From contig CM060733.1 in assembly GCA_030704615.1 (NCBI GenBank), positions 27,342,001 to 27,406,000 on the forward strand: a stretch of 64,000 nucleotides of DNA. Direction: 5' to 3'. This document shows positions 12,658 to 24,369 of this stretch, piece by piece; the first letter of the stretch is position 1; every line of letters starts with the position of its first letter. The notes under the pieces were generated by a model that saw only the letters and a list, made by a program, of their open reading frames with translations, ran no database searches and was not told the origin of the DNA. The position numbers and the translations under genes are program-made. The DNA is from Takakia lepidozioides. Its lineage: Eukaryota > Plantae > Bryophyta.

Positions 12658-13699
12658 TTTGTCTTAGAGACAAATAATTGTTCAACATATTACACTATAC
12701 TCCTTTGATTGGAGTTTGTTTATTTGTCATTTTTATTGAAAATTTCAGTGACATCCCGTGTACTTAGTTTGTTGTATGCTATATTGACAAAGCATCATCC
12801 ATAAAACACAAATTTATGTAGTTTTTTTTAGTTGTGCTTTTGCTGCACCATAAAAGGTAACCATAGAATTACACATGTTTAATTTGTTTTGTATTTTGAA
12901 TTAAGATCCTTATGTAGTTAGTCTGTTTTAGTTGTTCTTTGCTACACCGTACAACAACTTATAAAATCTCTGGTTTTCCGTTTTTAATGGAGACCATGCG
13001 TATATAACTAGTTATATATACCATAAAAGACAATCACAAAAAACATATAAGTTTATTTACTTCTGTTTTACTAATAAATTCCCTGGTTTTAGTTGAAAAT
13101 TCTCAGTATGACCAATCAGATTAGTTCATCTAATTTTCTAGAAGAATAAAAAATTAAAAGAATTTAATATATTTTTAAAAAAGAACCGGAACCTAACCGG
13201 GAACCGGCGTTTTTTTTCCAGCAACTAACCGGTAACCGGAACCGCCCCCATGTTAAAAAGTCAGAACCTGAACCGGACCTGAACCGCCTTAATAAAAAAT
13301 AACCGGATCCGGATCCGGAACCGTCTCTTCAAAAATTTGTGGAACCGGAACCGAAGGTTCCTTCACAAAGGCAAGAACCGCCCAACACTGGTTATATCCC
13401 TGATATATTTATCATCAATTATTTGATGGGGAAAAAAATTAAAACCCCTTTACACCATGAGGTATACCCACTGTGATCAGTGTAGTTCGAGCCAGCCTCT
13501 CTAAACAGAGATGAAGTCCAAGATACGAAAATAACTCCTATCTAACTCTACATTAAATGCAAAAAGAGCATAGATTGTTCCTACGAACTAAACAACCACT
13601 GAGCGGGCTAATCTAGGGGACCAAACAACCGGGCACACAGCCCTAGACCTGAAGCGAAGCTCAGGAGAGAGGAGTGTCCTGATGGACTTTCTAAGACTG

Positions 13700-14185
13700 T
13701 CTAGAATGGCAGGGGAGGAGTGGCAATGAGAGTAGATAGTTCATTGATCTTCTCCACGATGGAGATTGTGATCTATCTGTAGTACAACTTGGAAGCCGTC
13801 GAGGAGGGTTTCAGATGCTTCCAGTTGATGTCCCTTTCAAATTCAGGGGAAAGAGTGTAGCGGCGCACGGAGATCTTGCCAGGCTGCTGGGGGGAGAGCG
13901 TTCTAGTAGCATTGATCCTGCACAGGGCTGCTGCATATGATCCCCTGTCTACCCCAGGTGTGCTGAAAGTTCCTGTGGATGGCCTCCGCGTTCCTGGCAT
14001 CCCGCTGTATGACTGCACATATTTTGGCCCATGCCTTCCTAGCTTCAGTTTGTAAGTCAAGAAATACAGTAGCCAGGAGGGCAGATATGGAAGTGGTCTC
14101 TCCTAGAAATGTATTCTTGCATCTTAGTTTCCATAGATGCCACAAGACTGATGCTCTTAAGGTTTCAAAAAAGGGCAGAGAATCC
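13700..14185 (-). mobile_element. L1-type LINE 3' fragment
   Basis: Minus-strand ORF 13903-14145 begins LWHLWKLRCKNTF, the typical post-zf-RVT motif of L1 ORF2. Confidence 0.5.
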
Positions 14186-14706
14186 TTTTGATAGTGACAT
14201 AGTAGTCATGAAATCCATCAAGACATTTTCCCAAGACCCCTTTGGAATCGGCAAGGGTTATAACAGCCACACTTGCTTTTTGTATTCGCTCCGGTTTTGT
14301 TGGCATGTGGTGCTTGTCTTGACATACTCCTCAGCCTCCTCCCTCAGTTTGGGCCAGAAATACTCTTTCTTCAAGAGTGCCGCGGTGCGCTTGGCTCCGC
14401 CGTGGTCTGCAAGCGGGCCATCATGACATTCTCTCAAGAGACTATCTCTGATCCATTTCTTCGGCACGTAGAGACGCTTTTGTTTGTACCGGAGCAGTCC
14501 ATTTTGCAAGTGGAACTGCGATTTAACCCCCATCCTCAAGTCCCGCATCACGGACTTCGCCATCTCATCCTTCCGGTAAGTCTTCCGGATCTTCATTTGG
14601 AGCACAGTCTCGTCTCTATACACCAACATGAGTTGCTGCTTTCTACTTAAAGCATCGGCCACCACATTGTCCCGTCCCGGTTTGTACTGGATATCCACGT
14701 CGAACA
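14186..14706 (-). mobile_element. Ty3/gypsy RNase H-integrase fragment
   Basis: FDVDIQYKPGRDNVVADALSR...CHDGPLADHGG..YFWPKL..TCQQN, then stop-interrupted PLPIPKGSWENVLMDF. Confidence 0.88.
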
Positions 14707-14847
14707 TAGAGAGTGCTTTAATATGCTGAGTTCTTGGAGAAATGGAGGGCCGCGACAAGGAGAGTTGATGAATACCGTCTTGGATTCCCAATGTCACAGC
14801 TTCAAGTGTCGACCAATCTGTAACAATGGGTTGCCCGAGGGGTGCAG

Positions 14848-17258
14848 GCAGCGACAAAGATATTGGCACGGCAGCTAATACGTTTACGTCAGCAGATCGC
14901 CAAGCTGCAGGGTAGTCATGCCCAGATGCGCGGTGTGGCCACTCATACACAGGTGTGCACAGAGAAGAGAGCACATGGGCAATTTCTCCTTATGGAGCTA
15001 TTTAACACATCTCGTTTCACCCCTGAGTATGAAGTCTCACTTGAAGACAGATGCTCTTTCAGAAATGGGGTCTTCTTAAGGGTTTCAGATGTTCATTGCA
15101 AAAGTCACTCACCCGCAAGGTATAACCTGGACGAAGAGAACAATTTTTTGACAAGCTAAAAGTCCAGCAGTCTACTTATTGCGATGTTGTGAAGTGTTGC
15201 TTTCTTTCTGTCCTAAAGGGCGGGGACATGCATTGGAACACAGGCTATGTATGCAAACACAGCAGTGGCAGGCGCCATGAAAGGGGCCACCAAGGCTATG
15301 TCATCCATGAACAAGGTATAGTGTTCTTTAGATCCAACTTACCATGTGACACACCGTAACTACTGCATGACTGTTCAAATGTAGTCCATTTCTATGGTGT
15401 TGCATTGTTTCCACCTAGCCAATATGGGCGGAATGGCATTAAATGATGAACTTTGATTAAGGACAGTCAGATTTGGGTTACAAATTATTTTGTGAGCTGC
15501 ATTATTTGGCTATGCCTCTTGCCTTTATGTCCAATAATCTCCAGTAACGAATGCATAGAACATGTTACAGAGCCAACAGCAGAGGGAAAATGGATGAAAA
15601 GTTATGTGTGATGGACTAATGTTGAACATATTTGGAAACTGAACAGCAAATGGAACCAGCAAAGCAGGCCAGAGTGATGCAAGAGTTCCAACGACAGTCT
15701 GCTCAAATGGACATGACGGTTAGTAGACACTGGCGTTGTTTCCCTTTTCTTAGAGCACACTGGTACATTTCGGTGAATTGATGGTAGTAATGTCTTTGGC
15801 TGTATTTGGCAATGTGATTAACTGACATGCAAGGAATGCTTATTACGAATATCAAGGAAGAAAGATCCATAAAATATTGGACGCAATTTGCGGGAGCCAG
15901 AGCAGAGCAGATAACTTCCTGATGTAATGTTCAGTGTGTCGCATTTGTTAGTATTGTATCAAGTGTGGTTGCGACCCCTCACAGACAGAGATGATGTCGG
16001 ACTCCATTGATGATGCGTTGGACAATGAGGAGGCAGAGGAAGAGACGGAGGAGCTCACCAACCAGGTTCTTCTGTTGTCCATGACATACCGTACAGATTC
16101 TGTAGATGTTGAAGAACTGTCAGCTGCATTCAGATCTCACTTTCATGTTTTCTTCATGTTATTCAGCACCAGAAAAGAAAGTCTTTACTGTTTCTGAGGC
16201 ACATTGTCCTGAAGTCTCTCTCCTTCCCCATGGTCCCCATTAGTTCTTTGGTGGTAGGTTCTGCGTTATCTTAGGATTGTTCCACCTTACAGTGTGGGAT
16301 GCATGACCCTAGTTTGACATGTGCAACTGTCAATGCAGGTGCTTGATGAGATTGGAATTGACATTGCAGCTCAGGTGAGGAAGCATAGGGCCTTTTGTGG
16401 TTGTTGTTTCCAGGATGAAGAACAATTCCCAATCTTGGTAGTAGTTGACAGTTAGAACGGCTTATGTTTCAGGTTGCATATTTGAAGTAGCATGTGAGCG
16501 CATTCCTTTGATTTAGAGGGTGAGATGAATGCCAGCAGACCTCATTTGGGTGTGATTGATTGTGCAAGACCAGGGGTACTTAGTCAAGGAATTTTCTTAT
16601 GCTGCAGTTTAATTGTACACAGCACAAAGTATTTGTAGAGATTTGAGAGTGTTGTCTTCAATGCACGGATACTGAAATAGCTGGAACACATACATCAAAT
16701 CATCCACAGTAGAAGTGTGATGTATGTGTGTGTAGAAGTGTGATGTAAGTCGCTGATAATGAGAATTTTCAGAAGGTGCACAAGGTCTACGAACCATTAC
16801 AAGGAGAAGACTAACCTTAATGGTTTTTCTGGTGTGTGCACAGTTGTCATCAGCACCAAAGGGCAAGCTTGCTGGCAAGGCAAGGGCTCAAGATGCTGGA
16901 AGGTATCCTTCTCCAATATATGGAAAACCATGAGATACCCTGAAGATGGATATCATCTATTGCTGTGTGAGTGCCATTTGTTTCATCGATTACCTTAAGT
17001 TATCAGTTTCCTTGTAGGAAGGCTATGGCACCAGGCGGAGTCATATGAGTACTCTACCTCTCTTGAGGCCTCACTTTTCTGTTCTCTTTACTCTTTTCTC
17101 TTTCCCCTTATCCCAAGCTCTGTGAGCTTCCCATGGACACTATGAAGTTCCCTACTTTCTTTCGCTGTTGCAGTGAGCTGATCTTGTGGCGTGTGTGGGT
17201 CCACAGCTCAAATGTGGATGATCTGGAGCAAAGATTGGCATCATTGCGCAATATTTGA
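14848..17258 (+). CDS. VPS2: Vacuolar protein sorting 2 (ESCRT-III, Snf7 family; VPS2.2/2.3-like), 5' exons not found
   Basis: GT-AG exons 14848-14952, 15244-15315, 15647-15718, 15985-16065, 16339-16374, 16844-16902 and 17207-17258 splice in frame: ATKILARQLIRLRQQI...EFQRQSAQMDMTTEMMSDSIDD...VLDEIGIDIAAQLSSAPKG...DDLEQRLASLRNI*. Confidence 0.9.
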
Positions 17259-18278
17259 TATTGAGCAGCCTGTGTAGATCAGAATGTACTCAAAGGAATT
17301 TCTACACCATTTTAGGTTTGTTTGTAAATGCACAGCTGTTGTGTACAGCAGATCTGGATGTCACCCAAGAGGTTTGTTTGTCACTCACTCTATGACCAGT
17401 GGGGGGCAGCATCTGAACAGCCTCATGTAGAGAATGCACTGGTTACTGAATCTAAATTGTATATCATGTTTTGGTTAAACGATTACATTTGTTAGATCCA
17501 ATTTCTTGAAGTTTCTTTGATGTTTTCTGTCTGTTGAATTCACCAATGTATGCAAAACCTACCAGTTGATTTGTGTACATCTACATATACCTGGTTATGA
17601 TATTTAACATGCTTACATCACATCTTTTCAACAAGCTCTACAGGAAAGCATGCCCTGATAATCTGAATTTTTTTGACAGAGAGATAGGAGGAAATGAATG
17701 GACTATAGCCAGCCGCAGGGAAACAAGAATACAGTTGAGTTGAAGGTTCAATCTCAACTTCAACAAGTCACTCGAGAAGTCTGCACTCTAAGCTAATTTT
17801 CTTGAGAAACTTATTGGGTGATGAAGGGGGCTTGCAGCGCAGCTAGAGGACCAAAGATGAATGAAAGCAGAATTTGCTTAAGACAATTTCATCATCTTGT
17901 GGTGAGTTAAGCTCAATACCACTGAATGGTTTTGGTTTGAATACTTCTTTTGCATTTGGTTCTGTGCTCAAGTGCTCAAACACCTTGACAGATTCCATGA
18001 ACGTTCTTTGACCTCAACCTCCTCCTGGAGCCTTTCATCTTAGCAACCTCTAGGGAGCAGAAAAGAAGATTTCAGTCAGAACAGTGTGTGATGTTTCCTG
18101 GGTGGTGAATTTTGGGCTAGCACGAAGCTGGCACCCAAAACCCAAGCAATTCTGCAGCTCTATGTAAATTCCAAGACTCATTCCAGCTCTATCTGTAAAA
18201 TTAATCTATCTTCAGGCTGCAAGCCCAAATCAGACATCCAAAACTTCCAAGATCAAAAACTTCTAAGGGGGAGTATCC

Positions 18279-18563
18279 TGATACGCACCTAGCTCGACAG
18301 ACTTTGGCTCTATCCTACACGCCCCTGCAGACCGGATGGTAACTTACCCTGTGACATCTATACAACACCAAGAGCCTCAAGAAAGACGAGCTAGCGAGTT
18401 CCTCGCCCAGACATTACAACGAAGTGACATAATCGCAAACGCGCAGCTAATCACTGTCGATCATGTAGGCCTGTGCGGCTCTTTCTTTCGCAAGTTATCT
18501 CGACAAGATCTCTACGTTCTTTCTCCCTCCACGCAACTTCTCTCAGGCCCTTGCCAGACATCA
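18279..18563 (+). mobile_element. Possible 3' LTR remnant of another retrotransposon
   Basis: TGAT...ATCA inverted termini preceded by polypurine AAGGGGGAG. No partner LTR or TSD seen. Confidence 0.3.
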
Positions 18564-18659
18564 TATTAAGGTAATAGGGTTGAAGCCCCCATCGTGGTGC
18601 ATGCCCCAAATGTGGTGCACCCGTGTACCCCTATGTAGCACCCATTTTTTAAAGGTGTC

Positions 18660-20163
18660 AGGGTATCTTAACAAACATTTGAAGCATCAAGAGTCTTGTC
18701 GGAGGCTTTATCATAGTTGGAGAAATGAATCCGCCATGATGGGAAATGAATTTCTTTGCATCATCCATGATAAAATGGATCACTGAAAGACGGCTCTTCC
18801 ACGTCTACAAACCACAAACAAGGTGATATCAGGATTGGGTCAGCTTCCAATTTCCTTGACTTGGATGGTAACTCATGGACACGGAGATGGAGCATATGCC
18901 CAGTACTCGGTCGATTTGTGGCCTAGAGATCCGAATTTCACTATTGGTTCTGTTGCAAGATGTCTCCGCCAACTTGAGAAACCTACTTGCAAAGAATCAA
19001 GGAATATTTTTGACCATCCATTCCAAAATGATTTTTTTGAGCAATTAATGTGGGGAAAGTCCAGATGCATAGATGCGTTGAAGCCATTACATCCAAGAGC
19101 CCAAAAGGGACCGCGGCCATTGCCTCGGAGATTATATTTGCAAATGGATAATTGTATGAAAGGCAACAAGAATAGGTGGATGTTGGCATTTTTTTCTTTG
19201 CTCACAGCAAAGGGTGTATTCGAAGAAATTCAATTGGGATTTATGAAGGTTGGTCATATGCACGAAGATATAGATGGATTTTTCAGCTATCTTTCAAAAC
19301 AATTGAAATAGAACAGCACTTATGTCCTCTCAGATTTAATGAGACATTTCATGGTTTTTTAGGAGTTGCAGTTTATTCCACAAATCATTCAAGAAGTTCC
19401 TGACTTCAAGGAGTTTGTACATGATCATATTATTGATGGAAAAGAGGCTCTTGTTGGAGCTACTGATATACATGTTTTTCAGTTTTACACGGATTCAGAA
19501 AATTGGCCTGTCATGCAATACAAGAAATTGGCCTGTCATGCAAACCGATTCTGATTGGCTTCCAAAACAAGGTGCAGTTAAAATGTGGAAAACTCTTGAC
19601 GATGGATCTCCTTCACTCCTCGTGGGTGAGCCCAAGTAAGTGCCCATGAGACCAATTTGGGGAGACAACGAAGATGCGGTGCAGAAGCAATCTATCATCA
19701 AATCCGGACTAAAAAAGTATCTGGAGTTTTGGAGAAAGGGAATGAATATTGATGAGCACTATGGAACTGTCATGAAAAAGTATGATCAATACTAGACTAA
19801 TATTCTGGAGGAGCTAGAGCTTCCACTTGAGGACCCAAAAGATACTGGTCTTCTAGAAGGATTTTGGCCCTCTACAAAATGGCGGGAAAGCCACATGAGA
19901 GATGGATTTAATGCTCACTATGACGAATCAAATGATCATGAAGTTGAGGAAATTGTTCCTTATTGTGAGCCAAGGTGTGATCGTCCAAAAGAAGGTCTAA
20001 ATCCGTACAAAGACATTGAAAAAGGATTTTTTATCCTTGTTCGCCTTCATGATCCTAATACATATCCAGTTTGGTTGGGAATGGCATCATCCGATGTAGT
20101 TCGTGATAGAAGGAATATCAATTACAAAAAGGTCTTTGTTGAGTGGTGGAGACCAAAGAAGGG
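18660..20163 (+). pseudogene. DUF7869/Sola-like transposase pseudogene, N-terminal part
   Basis: IIHDKMDH, LPRRLYLQMDNCMKGNKN, FMKVGHMHEDIDGFFS motifs with several stops and frameshifts. Ends VEWWRPKKG at the insertion point. Confidence 0.8.
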
Positions 20164-20248
20164 TGTCGTGCGCATACATATCGCTACACAACTACATCGC
20201 TGTCCAAACCACACCACACATATATGCACAATAAAGTAGTCTACCACA
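20164..20248 (-). repeat. Split repeat A, terminal copy (85 bp)
   Basis: Identical by eye to 20604-20688 (TGTCGTGCGC...CTACCACA). Confidence 0.95.
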
Positions 20249-20249
20249 A

Positions 20250-20688
20250 TGATAACCAAACTAGATAAGGACACACACTCTCAACACAAGAAATATGCAA
20301 TCCCTCAACATCTCTTTAAGATATAGTCGAGCCAGGGGCACCCCAAGCTATGGGGACCACCCCACAACAACCTACACTCCCATCATAAGCACACTCAGAT
20401 CTGAAGAATGCAGGAGCTCGGTCGCGCAGGCTCAACTCGAGAGAGATGAGCTGCGCGACTGCCGCTCTCGTGAAGATAAGACGGACCAGGTGTCAAACTA
20501 AACTTGACACCTGATTTAACACTTGACCTAAATCCAAGTGTTAAATACAAATAACTAGTTTTATGCTAGCTGTTTTCACACTGTGCTTATTTAACTTGAC
20601 AGCTGTCGTGCGCATACATATCGCTACACAACTACATCGCTGTCCAAACCACACCACACATATATGCACAATAAAGTAGTCTACCACA
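20250..20688 (-). repeat. Complete 3' LTR (B + GC + A, 439 bp)
   Basis: Sense strand TGTGGTAG...GGTTATCA, preceded by a G-rich tract. 20250-20601 matches 32282-32638 and 20604-20688 matches 20164-20248. Confidence 0.9.
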
Positions 20689-20700
20689 ATCGCCCCCCTA
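20689..20700 (-). promoter_or_regulatory. Polypurine tract (PPT)-like plus-strand primer site
   Basis: Sense TAGGGGGGCGAT directly abuts the TG of the 3' LTR. Confidence 0.6.
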
Positions 20701-20947
20701 GCTGGTGGATAGGTCCCTCTACCTCCAGATAGCTACAAGATGTAATAGCCACAGCCGTACTAAGTCCTCTATCACTGTCCCTATTGTACTCAAACTCTAT
20801 AGACCAAGAGGCCGGGTACAAGAGTAGCCCCATCGTTAGTCGCCGTCTTGCAATCTGTGAACTTGAGCCAGGACTCGTGTGTTCAAGGTCTCCTAGTAGC
20901 TGGGCCTTGCGTTTCTTGTTAGCCTTCCATGGTTGTATCCACTCCCA

Positions 20948-21175
20948 CTATCCAATGCAATGTGGACATAACCAATCCCCATCTGGAACCATCTCAAGAG
21001 GTGGAGTCAAGCATCCCATATGCCAACCTCTAGAGCATCGATCACACACCAGCATGGTGGCTGCCCCTTTAGCAGACCCACACAACATGCACCTCAAACC
21101 TGCAGATACCACTGCCAGGTTTGGGTCAATCCTGCCATCGACATTCGGAAGGTGACATGGCGCACAATTACGCAC
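20948..21175 (-). CDS. PHD finger at the integrase C-terminus
   Basis: CMLC...MLVCDRCSRGWHMGCLTPPLEMVPDGDWLCPHC is a C4HC3 PHD consensus. Confidence 0.93.
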   Translation of the reverse strand: MRNCAPCHLPNVDGRIDPNLAVVSAGLRCMLCGSAKGAATMLVCDRCSRGWHMGCLTPPLEMVPDGDWLCPHCIG

Positions 21176-22327
21176 ATGGTCCTTCCAAGTATGCCATCCC
21201 GACCCTCCAAGACCAAGACGCCTGAGGGCAAGACCTCTCGAACCCTCAAAATAACACGTCCTGCAGTCACATCCAGGGTCGTAGGAGCAGTCTGCTGCAG
21301 ATAGACATAGTCACCAGGGTTGAATCTCCGAACCCCAGGACGATAGCCCCCACCACGTATGGTAGCATACCTCAACGTATCACGGTGTTGTGCAATGGCA
21401 AGGTTCTCGAAAGCCATGGGCATGACTCTCTTGAACAACTCTGCACGCTGCTCACATGCACGTGCCCACACGTCCGGATCGTCAAGGTTAAGAACTTAGC
21501 AGCTTCTCTGCGAATGGATGTAGGCAAATCCGGCTCTCGGCCAAAGAGAAGAAAGTATGGTGAGAAGAGGCAAGTGATGATGCTTGCTGAACCTGTAGCC
21601 CATGGCTAACCAGGGTAACTGAAGGTCCCAATCTCCTAGGTGTCCCTTCTGCAAGCCATACTTGCGCAAACCCCTCTTTACTGTCTGAACAACTCTCTCT
21701 GCCAAGCCATCGGCCTCAGGATGATCCCGAGAAGTGGTGCGGTGGTCTATCAAGGCCTTGTCACACAAAGCCTGAAACTCCCCAAGAACTCTCTCCCTTG
21801 GTCCGTGAGTACCTCAGCTGGAGCACCGAATCGGCTAGCACACAATCCAGGAATGCATACGCAGCTCCCTCACTAGCCTTATCAGGCAATGGAACCAATT
21901 CAATCCACTTGGAGAAGTGCTCCACCATCACCAACACGTACTTGTTGTGGCGCATGGTCAGTGGCAACGGCCCTGCGAAGTCAAGACTCCACCTGTAGCC
22001 CAATCCCATGATCGGAAGAGGGTGCAATTGTGGAGTAGGGGCGTTGAATGAAGCACGCACCCTGTCACACACCATGCACCTAGCCACAAATTGTTGCACC
22101 TCTGTGTGCATACCACGCCACCAATACTGCCCCTGCAGTAGACTATGAGTGCGTCGCACCCCAAAATGCCCCAACTCCTCATGGGCATGCCGCACTAACC
22201 GTGCCCGCTGTGTTGGGTGAGGCACAATCCTCACTCGACCATCCTCCCACACTCGGAGCAGGTGTGTCCCCTCCCACCTGAACCTCTTGGCTCGTTGTAG
22301 GATCCGATCCCTCTCCTTGGCAGTCAT
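21094..22327 (-). CDS. Integrase (HHCC zinc domain + DDE core), frameshifted
   Basis: HEELGH...CMVC, then WSLDFAG, VLTDQG (shifted frame) and DGLAERVVQTVK, across ORFs 21761-22327, 21496-21768 and 21094-21471. Confidence 0.92.
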
Positions 22328-22557
22328 AGTGGCTGCCGTGTCTCCCTGCGGAGGTAGTCCAACACAACTGAATCCTCATGTATATCTTTGGCGCCACCTG
22401 CTCATTGCTGGCCTCAGGGTCCTCAGACACTTGATCTACAGTCATCCCTGTTGTAGGTCCAACCTGGCCTTCCGCTGCCAAGATACACAGAAATGCAGAT
22501 GCATGCCATCCGGGCACCATCTCCTCGTCCGTCTCACCATGCCACCGAGCTCCAGTG

Positions 22558-23913
22558 TCATCCTGCTGGCTCGTGCATGGATTGCGACTCAACCCATCTG
22601 CATTCGATTGACCAAACCCGGTCGATGCACCACCTGAAAGTCATACTCTTGAAGGATGAGGCCCACCGTGCAAGCTTCCCCGTAAGCTTGTCTGACTCCA
22701 TCAACCACTTGAGTGGTTGGTGATCCGTGACAAGGGTGAAGAGATTGCCGTATAGATAGCACCTGAAGTGTGCCACGGCCCACACTGCAGCTAAGCATTC
22801 TCCCTCATATGAGCTATACTTAGACTCTGCAGCATTGTTCGAGCGGCTAGCATAAGCCACTACGAACTCTCTTCCCTCATCATCCACCTGTGTGAGCACC
22901 GCTCCAAGCCCCAGCATGCTCCAATCTGTATGCAGCTGAAAAGGACGCCCCCTGATAGGTCGTCTCAAGATGGGCGCCGAGGTCAACCTCGCCTTGAGCT
23001 CTTGAAAAGCTTGTTCTTGCTCATCTTCCCACTGCCACTCCTGGTCCACCTTGGTCAGCTTGGTTAGAGCCTTTGCAATGGCACTAAATCCCTTAACAAA
23101 CCGTCTGTAATAGTTTGCTAACCCCATGAAAGCTCGAACTCGGCTCACATCCGTGGGGCGTGGAACCTGTGCAATGGACTCTACCTTAGTCTGCTGTACC
23201 CCCAATCCTCCAGGATATATCATGTGACCCAGATACTCAATCTGGTTGTGGAAAAACTTGCACTTGCCCGGATGTAACTTCAATCCGTGCGTCCTCAAGC
23301 GCTCAAATACCCCCTGAAGGTGTCTCTCATGCTCCTCCACCGTAGCACTAAAGATGATGATGTCATCTATGTAGCACCGAGCAAACTCCACCCCTGCTAG
23401 AATCCTGTCCATGACTCTTTGAAACTCAGCGGGAGCGTTTTTAAGCCCAAATGGTAAGAACCGCCACTGGTATAGGCAATCCTTCCCGTGCTCATTGATC
23501 CCCCAGAATGCCGTCTTTTGCTTATCCGCCTCCTTGATCGGCAACTGGTGATATCCGGATCGTAAATCCAACGTGCTAAAGACCTTGGAATGCCCAATGG
23601 CATCAAAGATCTCCTCTGGTGTTGGCATGGCATACCTATCGGACTTGGTCTGACGATTTACAGGCCGGTAATCACCGCACATACGTCTCTCCGTCCAATT
23701 GCCATAGACATCCTTCTTAGCTGGCATCACTGTGGCTGAAGCATACTCTCCACCAGAGAGCTCCACCAAACCTGCCTCCCAGAGATCTTGAGTCCTCATC
23801 TGAATCAAAGACCTCTCCATGTCACTGTATCTATAGGGTCTCCGAAAGATTGGCGTGTCAGTGGCCAACTCAATACGGATCTCTTGACCCTTCAGTGCTC
23901 CCAAGTCCTTCAA
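22558..23913 (-). CDS. Ty3/gypsy reverse transcriptase + RNase H
   Basis: RMCGDYRPVN, FSTLDLRSGYHQ, LPFGLKNAP, YIDDI, YLGH; RNase H LHTDWS, YEGECLAAVWA, VTDHQPL. Confidence 0.97.
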   Translation of the reverse strand: MKDLGALKGQEIRIELATDTPIFRRPYRYSDMERSLIQMRTQDLWEAGLVELSGGEYASATVMPAKKDVYGNWTERRMCGDYRPVNRQTKSDRYAMPTPEEIFDAIGHSKVFSTLDLRSGYHQLPIKEADKQKTAFWGINEHGKDCLYQWRFLPFGLKNAPAEFQRVMDRILAGVEFARCYIDDIIIFSATVEEHERHLQGVFERLRTHGLKLHPGKCKFFHNQIEYLGHMIYPGGLGVQQTKVESIAQVPRPTDVSRVRAFMGLANYYRRFVKGFSAIAKALTKLTKVDQEWQWEDEQEQAFQELKARLTSAPILRRPIRGRPFQLHTDWSMLGLGAVLTQVDDEGREFVVAYASRSNNAAESKYSSYEGECLAAVWAVAHFRCYLYGNLFTLVTDHQPLKWLMESDKLTGKLARWASSFKSMTFRWCIDRVWSIECRWVESQSMHEPAG

Positions 23914-24369
23914 ACTGAAGGCAAAGCAATTCCTGTAAGCCCTCAGGAACCGCCGTATACGTCGTCTCTCTCCTCCGGTGACAATGGGTCCAATGTCAGG
24001 CTCCCAATTGTCCTCCGTAACTGCAACCTTAAGTCCAGTGGGCTTAGAGGTAGAGGACGCGTCCCGTGGTTGCTATGCTGCAACCTCTTGAGCAGTACCC
24101 CCTTCCTGCTCAGTCAATGACAAGGCCTCATCCTGCCCCATCATCTCATCATTGAGAACCTCCTCATCCCGAGAAGAATCCCCAACCTCATCCATCACAG
24201 CTGCCTTCGCTGCCAACTCCCTGAACCTCGAGCACCTCCCACATGTGCCATGGATGTCTACACCTCGTGGTCCTCACCGGCTCGCCCCCACTCGCTGCCT
24301 GTACCGTCTCGGTAGGCAGAGAGACCGTCAAGGGAAGTGCACTCCGCACTCTACGTTGCTCAGCCATAG

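Larger units (their letters stand above)
6878..13390 (+). mobile_element. Full-length hAT DNA transposon
   Basis: Perfect 15-bp TIR CAGTGTTGGGCGGTT / AACCGCCCAACACTG. Perfect 8-bp TSD GTTATATC (6870-6877, 13391-13398). Subterminal AACCGG/GGAACC repeat clusters and an internal transposase ORF. Confidence 0.97.

Noticed and set aside
20164-20688. Two independent nested LTR elements (A-type and B-type)
   Set aside because: The repeats are interleaved (A-B-A...B), not nested, and only the outer ends have a TSD.
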